A DNA stretch of 63,992 bases, the filler included, from Acetivibrio sp. (GTDB lineage: Bacteria; Bacillota; Clostridia; Acetivibrionales; Acetivibrionaceae): the NCBI RefSeq assembly GCF_035371925.1. It is 4 parts of 4 records of this genome, joined end to end, with 100 filler letters (N's around TTAATTAATTAA, not from the genome) between each part and the next. Parts side by side here need not be neighbours in the genome. Positions count along the whole stretch, not along the records: positions 33,046 to 49,384 come from NZ_DAORXT010000066.1; positions 49,485 to 63,992 come from NZ_DAORXT010000072.1; 2 more parts are not named here. One strand, 5' to 3'. Under the pieces are notes generated by a model, which did no database searches, was not told the origin of the DNA, and was given only the letters and a program-made list of their open reading frames with translations. Shown here piece by piece: positions 49,160-61,368 of the stretch. The position numbers were made by a program, and so were the translations under genes. The first letter of the stretch is position 1, and every line of letters begins with the position of its first letter.

Positions 49160-49384
49160 ATGATAGAGTTTCTAAGAAGCTGGGTTTTAAATATTGTGAC
49201 TTTAGTAGTGTTTATTATGTTGATAGAGATGCTGATACCTTCCGGGAAGGTAAGGAAGATTGTAAATCTGGTTACTGGTTTTATTCTGGTAATCGGGCTT
49301 ATAAATCCACTCCTTCAGTTGTTTGGAAATGGAATTGATCTTACGGAGTTTCATATGGCCGGAAGTAATTACATAGATAAAAAG
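49160..49384 (+). CDS. spoIIIAF: Stage III sporulation protein AF (3' truncated by gap)
   Basis: MIEFLRSWVLNIV...EMLIPSGKVRKIVNLVTG...INP; runs into the Ns. Confidence 0.9.
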
Positions 49385-49484
49385 NNNNNNNNNNNNNNNN
49401 NNNNNNNNNNNNNNNNNNNNNNNNNNNNTTAATTAATTAANNNNNNNNNNNNNNNNNNNNNNNNNNNNNNNNNNNNNNNNNNNN
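49385..49484. other. Artificial contig spacer
   Basis: 44 N + TTAATTAATTAA + 44 N. Confidence 0.98.
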
Positions 49485-49485
49485 A

Positions 49486-49884
49486 AAACTTCAAATTCCT
49501 GCGGGGAAAGCAACTCCGGCTCCACCGGTTGGACCAGCTTTAGGACAACATGGCGTAAACATAATGGGTTTTTGTAAGGAATTCAACGAGAAGACTGCAA
49601 AAGATGCAGGTCTTATAATACCTGTAGTTATTACTGTATATGCTGACAGATCCTTCTCATTTATTACAAAGACTCCTCCGGCATCAGTGCTTATTAAAAA
49701 AGCATGCAAGATAGAAAAGGGATCCGGTAAACCAAACAGGGATAAAGTTGCTAAGATTTCCAAAGAAGATGTAAGGAAAATAGCTGAAATGAAAATGCCC
49801 GACCTTAATGCTGCAAGCCTGGAAGTTGCTATCAGCATGATTGCAGGTACTGCAAGAAGCATGGGCGTAGTTGTTGAAGACTAA
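49486..49884 (+). CDS. rplK: 50S ribosomal protein L11 (5' truncated by gap)
   Basis: [34 protein letters not shown]...GTARSMG. Confidence 0.97.
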   Translation, partial: KLQIPAGKATPAPPVGPALGQHGVNIMGFCKEFNEKTAKDAGLIIPVVITVYADRSFSFITKTPPASVLIKKACKIEKGSGKPNRDKVAKISKEDVRKIAEMKMPDLNAASLEVAISMIAGTARSMGVVVED

Positions 49885-49913
49885 AATTAAAGTTTTCGTG
49901 TTGTTCTAAAGTA

Positions 49914-49953
49914 AGGTGGGAGGAAACATAGTTTCCGAGAATAATTACCACGT
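49914..49953 (+). promoter_or_regulatory. L1-binding autoregulatory RNA element before rplA
   Basis: AGGTGGGAG...hairpin...AATTACCAC mimics the 23S rRNA L1 site (AGGUGGGAG / AAUACCAC). Confidence 0.65.
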
Positions 49954-49969
49954 AAGGAGAGTGAAGCAG

Positions 49970-50665
49970 ATGAAAAGAGGTAAGAAATATCAGGAAAGTG
50001 CAAAAATTGTTGATAAATTAAAGTTGTATGATCCAAATGAAGCAATGGAACTTGTGCAAAAGACAGCAAAGGCAAAGTTCGATGAAACTGTTGAGGCACA
50101 CATCAGATTGGGTGTTGACTCAAGACATGCCGACCAGCAGGTAAGAGGTGCTGTTGTTTTGCCCCACGGTACCGGTAAAAAAGTAAGAGTTCTTGTTTTT
50201 GCCAAAGGTGAAAAGGCAAAAGAAGCAGAACAAGCCGGTGCGGAATATGTTGGTGCAGAAGAACTGGTTACAAAAATTCAGAATGAAAACTGGTTTGAAT
50301 TTGACGTTGTAGTTGCAACACCGGATATGATGGGTGTTGTTGGTAGACTTGGTAAGGTTCTTGGTCCGAAAGGATTAATGCCGAACCCTAAAGCCGGTAC
50401 TGTAACAATGGATGTAGCCAGAGCAATTGCAGATATCAAAGCCGGTAAAATTGAATACAGGCTTGACAAGACCAACATTATACACTGCCCGATAGGCAAG
50501 GTTTCATTTGGTACTGAAAAGCTTGTTGACAACTTCCGTACATTGATGACAGCGATCATCAAGGCGAAGCCTGCAGCTGCAAAAGGACAGTATCTTAAGA
50601 GTGTGGTTGTTACTTCCACAATGGGACCTGGTATAAAAGTAAATCCATTGAAAGTATCCGAGTAA
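49970..50665 (+). CDS. rplA: 50S ribosomal protein L1
   Basis: [22 protein letters not shown] and [10 protein letters not shown] motifs. Confidence 0.98.
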   Translation: MKRGKKYQESAKIVDKLKLYDPNEAMELVQKTAKAKFDETVEAHIRLGVDSRHADQQVRGAVVLPHGTGKKVRVLVFAKGEKAKEAEQAGAEYVGAEELVTKIQNENWFEFDVVVATPDMMGVVGRLGKVLGPKGLMPNPKAGTVTMDVARAIADIKAGKIEYRLDKTNIIHCPIGKVSFGTEKLVDNFRTLMTAIIKAKPAAAKGQYLKSVVVTSTMGPGIKVNPLKVSE

Positions 50666-50730
50666 AAAATGTCTTTACAAATTTAAAATAATGTTGTAAT
50701 ATAACCTTTGACAAGTATTAATATAGATAT

Positions 50731-50865
50731 GCCATAGACAGCAGGTTGCTTTCTAAGAAAGAAAGTGTAAAAGCGATTGTAGCCATCCTGCCGAGGTAAT
50801 GTGTTCGTGTGGTTAAATGAGACCAATTACCCCTTTATGTCTATGTGCATGAAGGGGTTTTATTA
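50731..50865 (+). promoter_or_regulatory. L10 leader (rplJ attenuator)
   Basis: CCATAGACAGCAGG...CCTGCCGAGG core followed by a CCCC...GGGG-TTTT terminator hairpin. Confidence 0.82.
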
Positions 50866-50934
50866 TTAAGTTTGTTTGGAAAAGAGTGAGACATAAAATA
50901 GAGCACTCGTAATTAAAAAGGAGGTGGATTAGTA

Positions 50935-51468
50935 GTGCCAAGTGAGAAAATCCTTCAGCAGAAAAAAGAGGTAGTACAGCAGCTGACTGAGAATATTAAA
51001 TCGGCTAAAACTATAGTCTTCGCAGATTATAGAGGTCTTACTGTGGAGCAGGATACAGAGCTCAGAAATGAGCTTAGAAAAGCTGGAGTTGAGTATAAAG
51101 TAGTAAAAAATACTTTGACAAAACTTGCAGCAAAAGAAAATGGCTTGGAAGAGTTGGATCCTTTCTTTAACGGTCCGACATCAATGGCATACAGTGATAA
51201 AGATGTTGTAGCTCCGGCAAAGGTTTTGGTTGAGTATGCCAAGAAGTTTGAGAAGCTCGAACTTAAAGCCGGGGTTGTTGAAGGCAAAGTTTGCGACGTA
51301 AAGACTCTTGAAGCTATTGCAGCACTCCCGTCAAAGGAAGAGCTCGTTGCAAAGGCTCTCGGAGGTTTGAAGTCTCCGTTGGCAGGTCTTGTAAATGTGT
51401 TGAACGGCAATATCAGAGGATTGGTCATTGCGCTCAATGCAATTGCAGAAAAGAAGGCAAGTGCTTAA
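50935..51468 (+). CDS. rplJ: 50S ribosomal protein L10
   Basis: DYRGLTV, YKVVKNTL, GPTS and LAALPSKEEL-like motifs; GTG start. Confidence 0.97.
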   Translation: MPSEKILQQKKEVVQQLTENIKSAKTIVFADYRGLTVEQDTELRNELRKAGVEYKVVKNTLTKLAAKENGLEELDPFFNGPTSMAYSDKDVVAPAKVLVEYAKKFEKLELKAGVVEGKVCDVKTLEAIAALPSKEELVAKALGGLKSPLAGLVNVLNGNIRGLVIALNAIAEKKASA

Positions 51469-51531
51469 TTGCCGCATAAATTTAAAATTTAATCAACTAA
51501 AAACAATATTATTTTATGGAGGTATATAAAA

Positions 51532-51921
51532 ATGGCTAGTGAAAAAGTTACAAAATTAATTGAGGATGTTAAAGCATTATCTGTATTGGAATTATCAGAA
51601 TTGGTAAAAGCTCTTGAAGAAGAGTTTGGAGTATCAGCAGCAGCTCCAGTAGCAGTTGCAGCAGTAGGTGCAGCAGCTCCAGGCGCAGCAGCACCGGCAG
51701 CAGAAGAAAAGACTGAGTTCGAAGTAGTATTGAAATCTGCAGGAGCAGACAAGATCAAAGTTATAAAAGTTGTTAGAGAAGTAACAGGTCTTGGATTGAA
51801 AGAAGCAAAAGACTTGGTTGAAGGAGCTCCAAAGACATTGAAAGAAAACGTATCAAAGGATGAAGCAGCTCAGATTGAAGCTAAGTTCAAAGAAGTTGGA
51901 GCAACTGTAGAAATTAAATAA
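51532..51921 (+). CDS. rplL: 50S ribosomal protein L7/L12
   Basis: [17 protein letters not shown] and [15 protein letters not shown] motifs. Confidence 0.98.
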   Translation: MASEKVTKLIEDVKALSVLELSELVKALEEEFGVSAAAPVAVAAVGAAAPGAAAPAAEEKTEFEVVLKSAGADKIKVIKVVREVTGLGLKEAKDLVEGAPKTLKENVSKDEAAQIEAKFKEVGATVEIK

Positions 51922-51945
51922 TTTGATTTTAGCAACATCGATTGA

Positions 51946-51992
51946 CAGATAGCAAAAAGGTTCCTTACCGGAAGGAGCCTTTTTGCTATCTG
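51946..51992 (+). terminator. Long (21-bp) hairpin terminator after rplL
   Basis: CAGATAGCAAAAAGGTTCCTT / AAGGAGCCTTTTTGCTATCTG. Confidence 0.8.
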
Positions 51993-52092
51993 TTGTGCTA
52001 TCTATTATGTAAAATATGCATTATTATTTTTAAAATAAAAAAGTGTAAAAAAAGAATTGGAAATATTGTTGCAAAATAAAGTCGTGAAATAG

Positions 52093-52121
52093 TTGACAAG
52101 TTGAATCGGCTATGTTAGAAT
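52093..52121 (+). promoter_or_regulatory. SigA promoter of rpoBC
   Basis: TTGACA-17bp-TAGAAT with extended -10 TG. Confidence 0.75.
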
Positions 52122-52463
52122 TATAAACTGCGTTATAATTTCATTTGCTAATACCAATATTTTCTGATTAAAGATAAACTTTCTTGCTATTTAATTATAG
52201 CATATTGGAATAAGTTAGACAATATTTGTTAATAATATTTTAATGTCTGTGGATTTAAGTATTTTTAGTATATGTACAAAACAGAAAAATATACTTGTGT
52301 TTTATTTTTAATAACTGCTTAATAACTGCAAGATTGGATAAATGCAAAGGTCTTACAGAAAAAGTGCTGTTTGAAAACGAAACATTATACATAAAGAGGC
52401 GAGTTTTTGTTTTTTATTTATTTGAGCACTAAGACAAAAGTCTGAAATATGAGGTGATATTTA

Positions 52464-55400
52464 ATGGTACATCCCGTGAAATTGGGAAGAAACGTTAGAA
52501 TGAGTTACTCTAAAATTGATGAAGTTATCGACATGCCAAACCTTATCGAAATTCAGAAGAATTCGTACGAGCAATTTCTTAAAGAGGGCTTCAAAGAGGT
52601 TTTCAGAGACGTCAATCCCATAACCGACTATACTGGAAACCTGATTCTGGAATTCGTAGACTACTCATTGGACGAACCCCCAAAATACAGTGTGGATGAA
52701 TGCAAAGAACGTGATGCAACTTATTCTGCACCCTTAAAGGTAAAGGTGCGCCTTATTAACAAGGAAACGGGCGAAGTCAAGGAACAGGAAATATTTATGG
52801 GTGATTTCCCTCTAATGACTGAAACGGGTACTTTTATTATTAATGGAGCCGAGAGGGTTATAGTCAGTCAGTTGGTAAGATCACCCGGAATCTATTATGC
52901 AATGAAAATTGATAAAACAGGAAAACAACTGTTTTCAAATACAGTTATTCCAAACAGGGGAGCGTGGCTTGAATATGAAACCGATTCAAACGACGTGCTA
53001 TCGGTACGTATAGACAGAACAAGAAAGCTGCCTCTCACTGTATTGGTAAGAGCTTTAGGATACGGAACGGACCTTGAAATTACCGAGCTCTTCGGTGAAG
53101 ATGAAAGAATACTTGCAACGATACAGAAAGACAACTCCAAAACAGAAGAAGAAGGGCTTTTGGAGATATATAAAAGGCTGAGACCGGGAGAACCGCCGAC
53201 AGTTGAAAGTGCTCGGTCACTTCTTCAGAGCCTGTTTTTCGATCCGAAAAGATATGATTTGGCAAAGCCGGGAAGGTTTAAGTTCAACAAAAAACTTTCT
53301 CTGGCGTCAAGAATAAACGGATTTATTGCTGGTGAAAATGTTGTTGACCCGAATACCGGTGAGATAATTGTTGCAGAAGGAGAAAGCATCACCAGGGAAA
53401 AGGCTGAAATAGTTCAAAATGCAGGCGTGAATACGGTAGTTCTTAATATAGACGGCAAAAACATCAAAGTCATCGGCAACGATATGGTGGATATCAAAGG
53501 TTATGTGGACTTTGATCCTAAAGAAGTCGGCATTAACGAAAAAGTCAAGAAAAGTGTCTTGACGGAAATCCTTGAGGAATATCAGGGAAAGAGCTCCGAT
53601 GCACTCAAAAAGGTTTTGAAGGAAAGAATTGACGATTTAATTCCGAAGCATATTACGGTAGATGATATAATATCGTCCATAAGCTATATTATTGGCTTAA
53701 GCTATGGAATCGGAAGCACGGATGATATTGACCACTTGGGTAACAGAAGACTGCGTTCTGTCGGAGAGCTTTTGCAGAATCAGTTTAGAATTGGTCTTTC
53801 CAGAATGGAAAGGGTAGTAAGGGAAAGGATGACTATCCAGGACTTGGATGCTGTTACACCACAGGCTCTTATTAACATAAGGCCGGTTGCCGCGGCAATA
53901 AAAGAGTTCTTTGGAAGCAGCCAGCTGTCCCAGTTTATGGACCAAACGAATCCTTTGACGGAGCTTACACATAAAAGAAGACTTAGTGCATTGGGACCCG
54001 GAGGTTTGAGCAGGGAAAGAGCAGGTTTCGAAGTTCGTGACGTTCACCATTCCCACTATGGACGTATGTGTCCTATAGAGACTCCGGAAGGACCGAACAT
54101 AGGTCTTATCGGTTCACTCAGTACTTATGCAAGGGTAAATGAATATGGCTTTATTGAAGCTCCGTATAGAAAAGTGAGCAAAGATGATTACGGTAAAGTT
54201 ACCAACGAAATAGTATATTTGACAGCAGATGAAGAAGACGAGTATATTATTGCGCAGGCAAATGAGCCGCTGGATGAGGAAGGAAGATTTATTTCCAGCA
54301 AAGTTGTATGTAGATACAAGGAAGAGTTTATTGAAGTTGAGCCATCCAGAATTGACTATATGGATGTATCGCCAAAGCAGATAGTTTCCGTTGCAACTTC
54401 TATGATACCGTTCCTTGAAAATGACGACGCCAACCGTGCGCTCATGGGAGCGAACATGCAGCGTCAGGCAGTTCCTCTCATAAGGACTGACTCCCCAATT
54501 GTAGGAACGGGAATAGAATACAAGGCTGCAAGGGATTCTGGAGTTGTTGTGTTGGCAAAGAATGCCGGAGTTGTTGAGAAAGTAAGTGCCAACGAAATTG
54601 TTATACGCACAAAAGATGGCAAAAGGGATACCTACAAGCTCCTTAAATACATGCGTTCCAACCAGGGTACATGTATCAACCAGAAGCCAATAGTGAGAAA
54701 AGGTGAAGAGGTTGAAGCAGGAGATGTAATAGCCGACGGTTCTTCCACTCACAACGGTGAAATTGCATTGGGAAGAAATATCCTGATAGGATTTATGACA
54801 TGGGAAGGATATAACTATGAGGACGCTATCTTGATAAGCGAAAGACTTGTCAAGGATGATGTGTTTACATCCATTCATATAGAAGAGTATGAGGCTGAGG
54901 CCAGGGATACAAAGCTTGGCCCTGAGGATATAACAAGAGAAATACCAAACGTCAGCGAAGATGCGCTCAAAGACTTAAATAGTGAAGGTATTATTAGAAT
55001 AGGTGCGGAAGTAAGGTCAGGAGACATTCTGGTAGGTAAGGTTACTCCAAAGGGAGAAACAGAGCTTACAGCAGAAGAAAGACTTCTTCGTGCAATCTTC
55101 GGTGAAAAGGCCAGAGAAGTTAGGGATACCTCCCTTCGTGTACCTCACGGTGAATCTGGTATTGTTGTTGACGTTAAAATATTTACAAGAGAAAACGGCG
55201 ATGAACTGGCTCCGGGAGTAAACAAGCTGGTTAGGGTTTATATTGCACAGAAAAGGAAAATATCCGTTGGAGATAAAATGGCGGGAAGACACGGAAACAA
55301 AGGTGTTATTTCCAGAATTCTTCCTGAGGAGGATATGCCATTCCTTCCTGACGGTACTCCTTTGGAAATAGTTTTAAATCCTCTGGGAGTTCCATCCCGT

Positions 55401-56219
55401 ATGAATATCGGTCAGGTGCTTGAAGTTCACCTTGGATATGCGGCAAAAGCGCTTGGATGGAAAATTGCAACACCGGTTTTTGACGGTGCAACCGAGGAAG
55501 ATATTGTGGAAACTTTAAGAAAAGCAGGCCTTTCCGAAGACGGCAAGACAATACTCTATGACGGAAGAACGGGAGAGCCGTTTGAAAACAGAGTAACTGT
55601 AGGTTATATGTATATGTTAAAGCTCGCTCACCTTGTAGATGACAAGATACACGCAAGGTCAACCGGTCCTTACTCATTGGTAACGCAGCAGCCTCTCGGA
55701 GGTAAGGCTCAATTCGGAGGACAGAGATTTGGAGAAATGGAAGTTTGGGCTCTTGAGGCTTACGGTGCTGCTTATACATTGCAGGAGATACTTACGGTCA
55801 AGTCGGACGACGTAGTGGGTAGGGTTAAGACCTATGAGGCAATAGTAAAGGGCGAAAATGTTCCGGAACCGGGTATTCCCGAATCCTTCAAGGTGCTTAT
55901 CAAGGAACTGCAAAGCTTATGCCTTGATGTAAAAGTATATTCCGAAGAACAGGAAGAAATTGCTATTAAAGAATCGGTGGAAGATGACCTTGAAGAACTC
56001 AACGTCAATATCGAAGGCAGGGAGGATGAGGTTAGCTTCAGCGAGTTTGGAGATATTGGCGATGAAATAACAGATGAAGAGCTTGAAGTGGATGATTTTG
56101 ATTTGTCGGATTTAAACGATGAGGATATCAGTCCTAATGACACTCTTGGTACCGAACTGGATGACAACCTGTTTGATGATGATTTAGACGATAGCTTTGA
56201 TGACGATGATGATATATAA
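52464..56219 (+). CDS. rpoB: DNA-directed RNA polymerase beta subunit
   Basis: [25 protein letters not shown] and [13 protein letters not shown] motifs. Confidence 0.99.
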   Translation: MVHPVKLGRNVRMSYSKIDEVIDMPNLIEIQKNSYEQFLKEGFKEVFRDVNPITDYTGNLILEFVDYSLDEPPKYSVDECKERDATYSAPLKVKVRLINKETGEVKEQEIFMGDFPLMTETGTFIINGAERVIVSQLVRSPGIYYAMKIDKTGKQLFSNTVIPNRGAWLEYETDSNDVLSVRIDRTRKLPLTVLVRALGYGTDLEITELFGEDERILATIQKDNSKTEEEGLLEIYKRLRPGEPPTVESARSLLQSLFFDPKRYDLAKPGRFKFNKKLSLASRINGFIAGENVVDPNTGEIIVAEGESITREKAEIVQNAGVNTVVLNIDGKNIKVIGNDMVDIKGYVDFDPKEVGINEKVKKSVLTEILEEYQGKSSDALKKVLKERIDDLIPKHITVDDIISSISYIIGLSYGIGSTDDIDHLGNRRLRSVGELLQNQFRIGLSRMERVVRERMTIQDLDAVTPQALINIRPVAAAIKEFFGSSQLSQFMDQTNPLTELTHKRRLSALGPGGLSRERAGFEVRDVHHSHYGRMCPIETPEGPNIGLIGSLSTYARVNEYGFIEAPYRKVSKDDYGKVTNEIVYLTADEEDEYIIAQANEPLDEEGRFISSKVVCRYKEEFIEVEPSRIDYMDVSPKQIVSVATSMIPFLENDDANRALMGANMQRQAVPLIRTDSPIVGTGIEYKAARDSGVVVLAKNAGVVEKVSANEIVIRTKDGKRDTYKLLKYMRSNQGTCINQKPIVRKGEEVEAGDVIADGSSTHNGEIALGRNILIGFMTWEGYNYEDAILISERLVKDDVFTSIHIEEYEAEARDTKLGPEDITREIPNVSEDALKDLNSEGIIRIGAEVRSGDILVGKVTPKGETELTAEERLLRAIFGEKAREVRDTSLRVPHGESGIVVDVKIFTRENGDELAPGVNKLVRVYIAQKRKISVGDKMAGRHGNKGVISRILPEEDMPFLPDGTPLEIVLNPLGVPSRMNIGQVLEVHLGYAAKALGWKIATPVFDGATEEDIVETLRKAGLSEDGKTILYDGRTGEPFENRVTVGYMYMLKLAHLVDDKIHARSTGPYSLVTQQPLGGKAQFGGQRFGEMEVWALEAYGAAYTLQEILTVKSDDVVGRVKTYEAIVKGENVPEPGIPESFKVLIKELQSLCLDVKVYSEEQEEIAIKESVEDDLEELNVNIEGREDEVSFSEFGDIGDEITDEELEVDDFDLSDLNDEDISPNDTLGTELDDNLFDDDLDDSFDDDDDI

Positions 56220-56236
56220 GGGAAGGTGAGAAGGCC

Positions 56237-59200
56237 GTGTTTGAACTTAACAATTTTGATTCATTGAAAATTGGTTTAGCTTCTCCGGAGAAGATTAGGG
56301 AATGGTCCAGGGGCGAAGTAAAAAAACCTGAGACTATAAACTACAGAACACTAAAACCTGAGAGAGATGGTCTTTTTTGCGAGAGAATATTTGGACCTCA
56401 AAAAGACTGGGAATGCCATTGCGGAAAATACAAGAGAATCAGATATAAAGGCATTGTGTGCGACCGATGTGGTGTTGAGGTAACCAGATCCAAGGTAAGA
56501 AGAGAAAGAATGGGGCATATTGAGCTGGCAGCTCCGGTATCCCACATATGGTATTTTAAAGGAATACCCAGCAGAATGGGATTGCTTTTGGACATGTCTC
56601 CGAGAGCTTTGGAAAAGATACTATATTTTGCCTCCTACGTTGTTATCGATCCGGGCCAGACACCTCTTTCCAAAAAGCAGATATTGTCGGAAAAAGAGTA
56701 CAGGGACAGCTTGGAGAAGTTTGGACCGAAGTTCCGTGCCGGAATGGGTGCAGAAGCGGTAAGGGAGCTTCTTCAAGAGATTAACCTTGATGAGCTTTCT
56801 GCAGAGCTTAGAGCAGAGCTCAAGGAATCTACAGGACAAAAAAGAGTGAGGGCGATAAAGAGGCTGGAAGTTGTTGAAGCTTTCAGACAGTCACAGAACA
56901 AACCTGAATGGATGATACTGGATGTAATTCCTGTTATACCGCCGGAACTTAGGCCGATGGTTCAGCTGGACGGCGGAAGGTTTGCAACCTCAGATTTAAA
57001 TGACCTGTATAGAAGAGTTATAAATAGAAACAATAGATTAAAAAGGCTTTTGGATCTTGGAGCGCCTGACATAATTGTACGTAACGAAAAGAGAATGCTC
57101 CAGGAAGCTGTAGACGCATTAATAGACAACGGAAGGAGAGGCAGACCCGTAACAGGTCCCGGAAACAGGCCGTTAAAATCCCTTTCCGATATGCTGAAAG
57201 GTAAACAGGGTAGATTCCGTCAGAACCTGTTGGGAAAACGTGTTGACTATTCCGGACGTTCAGTTATAGTTGTTGGACCGGAACTGAAAATATATCAGTG
57301 CGGACTTCCGAAAGAAATGGCGTTAGAGCTGTTTAAGCCTTTTGTCATGAAAAAGCTGGTTAATGACGGGCTTGCACATAATATAAAAAGCGCGAAAAGA
57401 ATGGTTGAGAGAGTAAGAAATGAAGTATGGGATGTTTTAGAGGAAGTTATCAAGGAGCACCCGGTACTTCTAAACCGTGCGCCGACACTGCACAGATTGG
57501 GAATTCAAGCGTTTGAGCCTGTGCTTGTTGAAGGTAGGGCATTAAAGCTTCATCCGTTGGTATGTACGGCATACAACGCCGACTTTGACGGAGACCAGAT
57601 GGCCGTTCACGTTCCTCTTTCTGCGGAAGCCCAGGCTGAGGCAAGGTTTTTGATGCTTTCGGCAAACAACCTGTTAAAACCGCAGGATGGAAAACCGGTG
57701 GCGGTTCCTACCCAGGACATGGTTTTGGGAAGTTATTATCTCACAATCTTAAAAGAGGGCGCAAAGGGAGAAGGAAGAGTATTCGTCTCCATGGACGAAG
57801 CTGTAATGGCTTATGACAGCGGAGAAATTGAGCTTCATTCGAAAATAAAGGTAAGAATGAAGAAGATTATAGATGGTGTTGAAAAGTCAAAGATAATAGA
57901 AACCACCTTGGGAAGACTTATATTCAACGAAGCTATTCCACAGGATTTGGGATTTGTGGATAGAAGTGACCCTGACAAACTCTTTGACCTTGAAGTTGAT
58001 TTCCTTGTCGGCAAAAGCGAACTTAGGAAAATAATTGACAAGAGCATAAAGGTTCATGGAACCACAAAGACGGCAATATTGCTTGACAGAATAAAGGCAT
58101 TGGGCTTTAAGTTTTCCACAAAGGGAGCTATAACCATAAGCGTATCGGATATGGTTATACCGGAAGTAAAAGCTAAATATATAAAAGAAACTGAGGAAAA
58201 GATTGAAAAAATAACAAAGCAGTACAAGAGGGGACTTATATCGGACGAAGAAAGATATAATTCCGTTATAGCTGCATGGACAGAAGCATCGGAGAATATT
58301 ACCCAGGTACTTATAAGCAACCTCGACAGATTTAATCCGGTATACATGATGTCCCAGTCCGGAGCGAGAGGTAATATCAACCAGATAAAACAGCTGGCCG
58401 GTATGAGAGGACTTATGGCCGACACATCCGGTAAGACCATTGAGGTTCCGATAAAGGCAAACTTCCGTGAAGGCCTTAACGTTATGGAGTTCTTCATATC
58501 CACTCACGGTGCGAGAAAAGGTCTTGCCGATACAGCGCTTAGAACAGCCGACTCGGGTTATTTGACAAGACGTCTTGTTGACGTAAGTCAGGATGTTATT
58601 GTAAGAGAAGCTGACTGCGGAACGAGAAAAGGAATAGAAGTAACAGATATAAAAGACGGAAATGAAATAATTGAAGAACTCTCTGAAAGAATTATCGGAA
58701 GATATCCTGTCGGAAACATAGTGCATCCGGAAACGGGTGAAATTATCGTTGAAGCGGGAAGATTGATAACTGACCAGGATGCAGACAAAATTATCAAGGC
58801 CGGAATTAAAAAAGTAAAAATAAGATCCGTATTAACTTGCCATTCCGAATATGGAGTTTGTGCAAAGTGTTATGGAGCAAACCTAGCAACGGGAGAAGAA
58901 TGTAATGTCGGTGAGGCTGTAGGTATAATAGCCGCTCAATCCATAGGTGAGCCCGGTACGCAGCTTACCATGAGAACATTCCATACCGGTGGTGTTGCCG
59001 GTGACGATATAACTCAGGGTCTTCCTCGTGTTGAGGAATTGTTTGAGGCAAGAAAACCGAAGGGACTGGCAATAATATCGGAAATAGCTGGAAAAGTAAA
59101 GCTGTCCGAGTCCAAGAAAAAGAGAGAAGTAATTGTAACCTCGGAAGATGGCGAGTCCAGAAGCTACCTGATTCCGTACGGATCCAGAATAAAAGTTGCC

Positions 59201-59734
59201 GAAGGTGACGAGGTTCAAGCTGGTGATGAGCTCACTGAAGGTTCGGTAAATCCTCATGATATATTGAAAATTAAAGGTGTGTCTGCTGTACAGGCATATC
59301 TGGTACATGAAGTTCAGAGGGTTTACAGGATGCAGGGTGTTGATATAAACGACAAGCATATTGAAGTTATTGTAAGACAGATGCTTAGAAAAGTAAAAGT
59401 TGAAGACCCGGGAGACACACCTCTTCTGCCGGGAGGCCTTGTAGACGTATTTGATTTTGAAGAGGAGAATGCCAAAGCGGTAGCTGAAGGAAAAAAACCT
59501 GCCGTTGCAAAGAGAACTCTTCTTGGTATTACGAAAGCGGCACTTGCTACCGAGTCATTCCTGTCGGCGGCATCCTTCCAGGAGACTACAAGAGTATTGA
59601 CTGAGGCAGCAATAAAAGGAAAAATTGACCCGTTGGTAGGCCTTAAGGAAAACGTTATTATCGGTAAACTGATACCGGCCGGAACGGGAATGAGCAGATA
59701 CAAAGATATTAGTATAAGTACGGTAACAGAATAG
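56237..59734 (+). CDS. rpoC: DNA-directed RNA polymerase beta' subunit
   Basis: [12 protein letters not shown] catalytic motif, [17 protein letters not shown] and SAASFQET. Confidence 0.99.
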   Translation: MFELNNFDSLKIGLASPEKIREWSRGEVKKPETINYRTLKPERDGLFCERIFGPQKDWECHCGKYKRIRYKGIVCDRCGVEVTRSKVRRERMGHIELAAPVSHIWYFKGIPSRMGLLLDMSPRALEKILYFASYVVIDPGQTPLSKKQILSEKEYRDSLEKFGPKFRAGMGAEAVRELLQEINLDELSAELRAELKESTGQKRVRAIKRLEVVEAFRQSQNKPEWMILDVIPVIPPELRPMVQLDGGRFATSDLNDLYRRVINRNNRLKRLLDLGAPDIIVRNEKRMLQEAVDALIDNGRRGRPVTGPGNRPLKSLSDMLKGKQGRFRQNLLGKRVDYSGRSVIVVGPELKIYQCGLPKEMALELFKPFVMKKLVNDGLAHNIKSAKRMVERVRNEVWDVLEEVIKEHPVLLNRAPTLHRLGIQAFEPVLVEGRALKLHPLVCTAYNADFDGDQMAVHVPLSAEAQAEARFLMLSANNLLKPQDGKPVAVPTQDMVLGSYYLTILKEGAKGEGRVFVSMDEAVMAYDSGEIELHSKIKVRMKKIIDGVEKSKIIETTLGRLIFNEAIPQDLGFVDRSDPDKLFDLEVDFLVGKSELRKIIDKSIKVHGTTKTAILLDRIKALGFKFSTKGAITISVSDMVIPEVKAKYIKETEEKIEKITKQYKRGLISDEERYNSVIAAWTEASENITQVLISNLDRFNPVYMMSQSGARGNINQIKQLAGMRGLMADTSGKTIEVPIKANFREGLNVMEFFISTHGARKGLADTALRTADSGYLTRRLVDVSQDVIVREADCGTRKGIEVTDIKDGNEIIEELSERIIGRYPVGNIVHPETGEIIVEAGRLITDQDADKIIKAGIKKVKIRSVLTCHSEYGVCAKCYGANLATGEECNVGEAVGIIAAQSIGEPGTQLTMRTFHTGGVAGDDITQGLPRVEELFEARKPKGLAIISEIAGKVKLSESKKKREVIVTSEDGESRSYLIPYGSRIKVAEGDEVQAGDELTEGSVNPHDILKIKGVSAVQAYLVHEVQRVYRMQGVDINDKHIEVIVRQMLRKVKVEDPGDTPLLPGGLVDVFDFEEENAKAVAEGKKPAVAKRTLLGITKAALATESFLSAASFQETTRVLTEAAIKGKIDPLVGLKENVIIGKLIPAGTGMSRYKDISISTVTE

Positions 59735-59769
59735 GAAATTTGGCATAAATGCACACTGAATCAAAAATC

Positions 59770-59799
59770 TTGACAAATGTAGTTTGTTAGTGATAAAAT
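59770..59799 (+). promoter_or_regulatory. SigA promoter of the str operon
   Basis: TTGACA-18bp-TAAAAT with extended -10 TG. Confidence 0.6.
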
Positions 59800-59875
59800 G
59801 ATTCAGTGTGTAAATTTGTGCTATCTGTTGGTATTGGAACGTAAGGATAACCTGTGCTGACAGGGAGGGAAAACA

Positions 59876-60115
59876 ATGCTTGAAGTTCTGAAAAACAGTA
59901 ACAAAACTGTGGGATTGAAACAATCCATGAAAGCTGTTGAAGCATTGAAGGCAAAACAGGTATTTATCGCAAAAGACGCGGATGAACGCGTTGTTGGAAA
60001 GATAAAAGAGCTTTGTGTTAAGAACAATATACCGATAGTATATGTTGATACAATGAAGCAGCTGGGAAAAGCCTGTAATATAGATGTAGGCGCGGCTGTT
60101 GCATGTTTGCTTTAA
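59876..60115 (+). CDS. L7Ae/L30e-like ribosomal protein (YbxF family)
   Basis: VGLKQSMKAV, FIAKDAD and MKQLGKACNIDVGAA motifs; located before rpsL. Confidence 0.92.
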   Translation: MLEVLKNSNKTVGLKQSMKAVEALKAKQVFIAKDADERVVGKIKELCVKNNIPIVYVDTMKQLGKACNIDVGAAVACLL

Positions 60116-60200
60116 ATGCATAATTTATTTTTAGATTGGCTTATTCTATAACATTTGTTTATGAATAGATTTATTTCGAAGCATGAAAGGAGGTGGAAAG

Positions 60201-60629
60201 ATGCCAACGTTTAACCAGTTAGTTAGAAAAGGCAGAAAAGACGTTCAGAAAAAGTCGACGGCTCCGGCACTTCAGAAGGGGTTTAATTCCTTGAAAAAGG
60301 TGCAAACAGATATAAGCAGCCCTCAGAAAAGAGGAGTATGCACAGTAGTTAAGACGACAACACCGAAGAAGCCGAATTCAGCTTTGAGAAAAGTTGCAAG
60401 GGTGCGTTTAACCAACGGTATTGAAGTCACAGCTTATATCCCCGGTATTGGTCACAACCTTCAGGAACACAGTGTTGTGCTGATAAGGGGTGGAAGGGTT
60501 AAGGACCTCCCTGGAGTTAGGTATCATATTATTCGTGGAACCCTTGATACTGCAGGTGTTGCAAAGAGAATGCAAGGTCGTTCGAAATATGGTGCTAAAA
60601 GGCCGAAGGCTGGTGCAGCAGGAAAGTAA
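60201..60629 (+). CDS. rpsL: 30S ribosomal protein S12
   Basis: [24 protein letters not shown] and [10 protein letters not shown] motifs. Confidence 0.99.
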   Translation: MPTFNQLVRKGRKDVQKKSTAPALQKGFNSLKKVQTDISSPQKRGVCTVVKTTTPKKPNSALRKVARVRLTNGIEVTAYIPGIGHNLQEHSVVLIRGGRVKDLPGVRYHIIRGTLDTAGVAKRMQGRSKYGAKRPKAGAAGK

Positions 60630-60793
60630 ATTCTTGCAACGTGCATGTACGATGTATGAAAAAATTGCAATGTAACAAAATAATAGTGCAAAGTACGTTG
60701 TTTATATATATAAATATAAGTAAATATATTAGCAAGTACGGAGCACTGACGGCGGTCTAAGGGATTTTCCGTATGGCCGGCGAGTACCGATGA

Positions 60794-61297
<504 letters not shown>

Positions 61298-61368
61298 ATT
61301 TGGCATACTAAGAAGCTTGAAAATAGCATTGCTTGTTAGATGCGTCGATTTTTGAAAGGAAGGTTAAA

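Noticed and set aside
49160..49884. Apparent adjacency or fusion of spoIIIAF with rplK
   Set aside because: The two are separated by an artificial spacer and both are simply truncated.
53890..53990. Rifampicin- or streptomycin-resistance alleles in rpoB/rpsL
   Set aside because: The RRDR (SQLSQFMDQ...THKRRLSA) and S12 PKKPNS/RVKDLPG motifs appear wild type.
52895..59754. Many antisense/alternate-frame ORFs over rpoB and rpoC (and similar ones elsewhere)
   Set aside because: They are shadows of strongly conserved genes, with no RBS or recognisable motifs.
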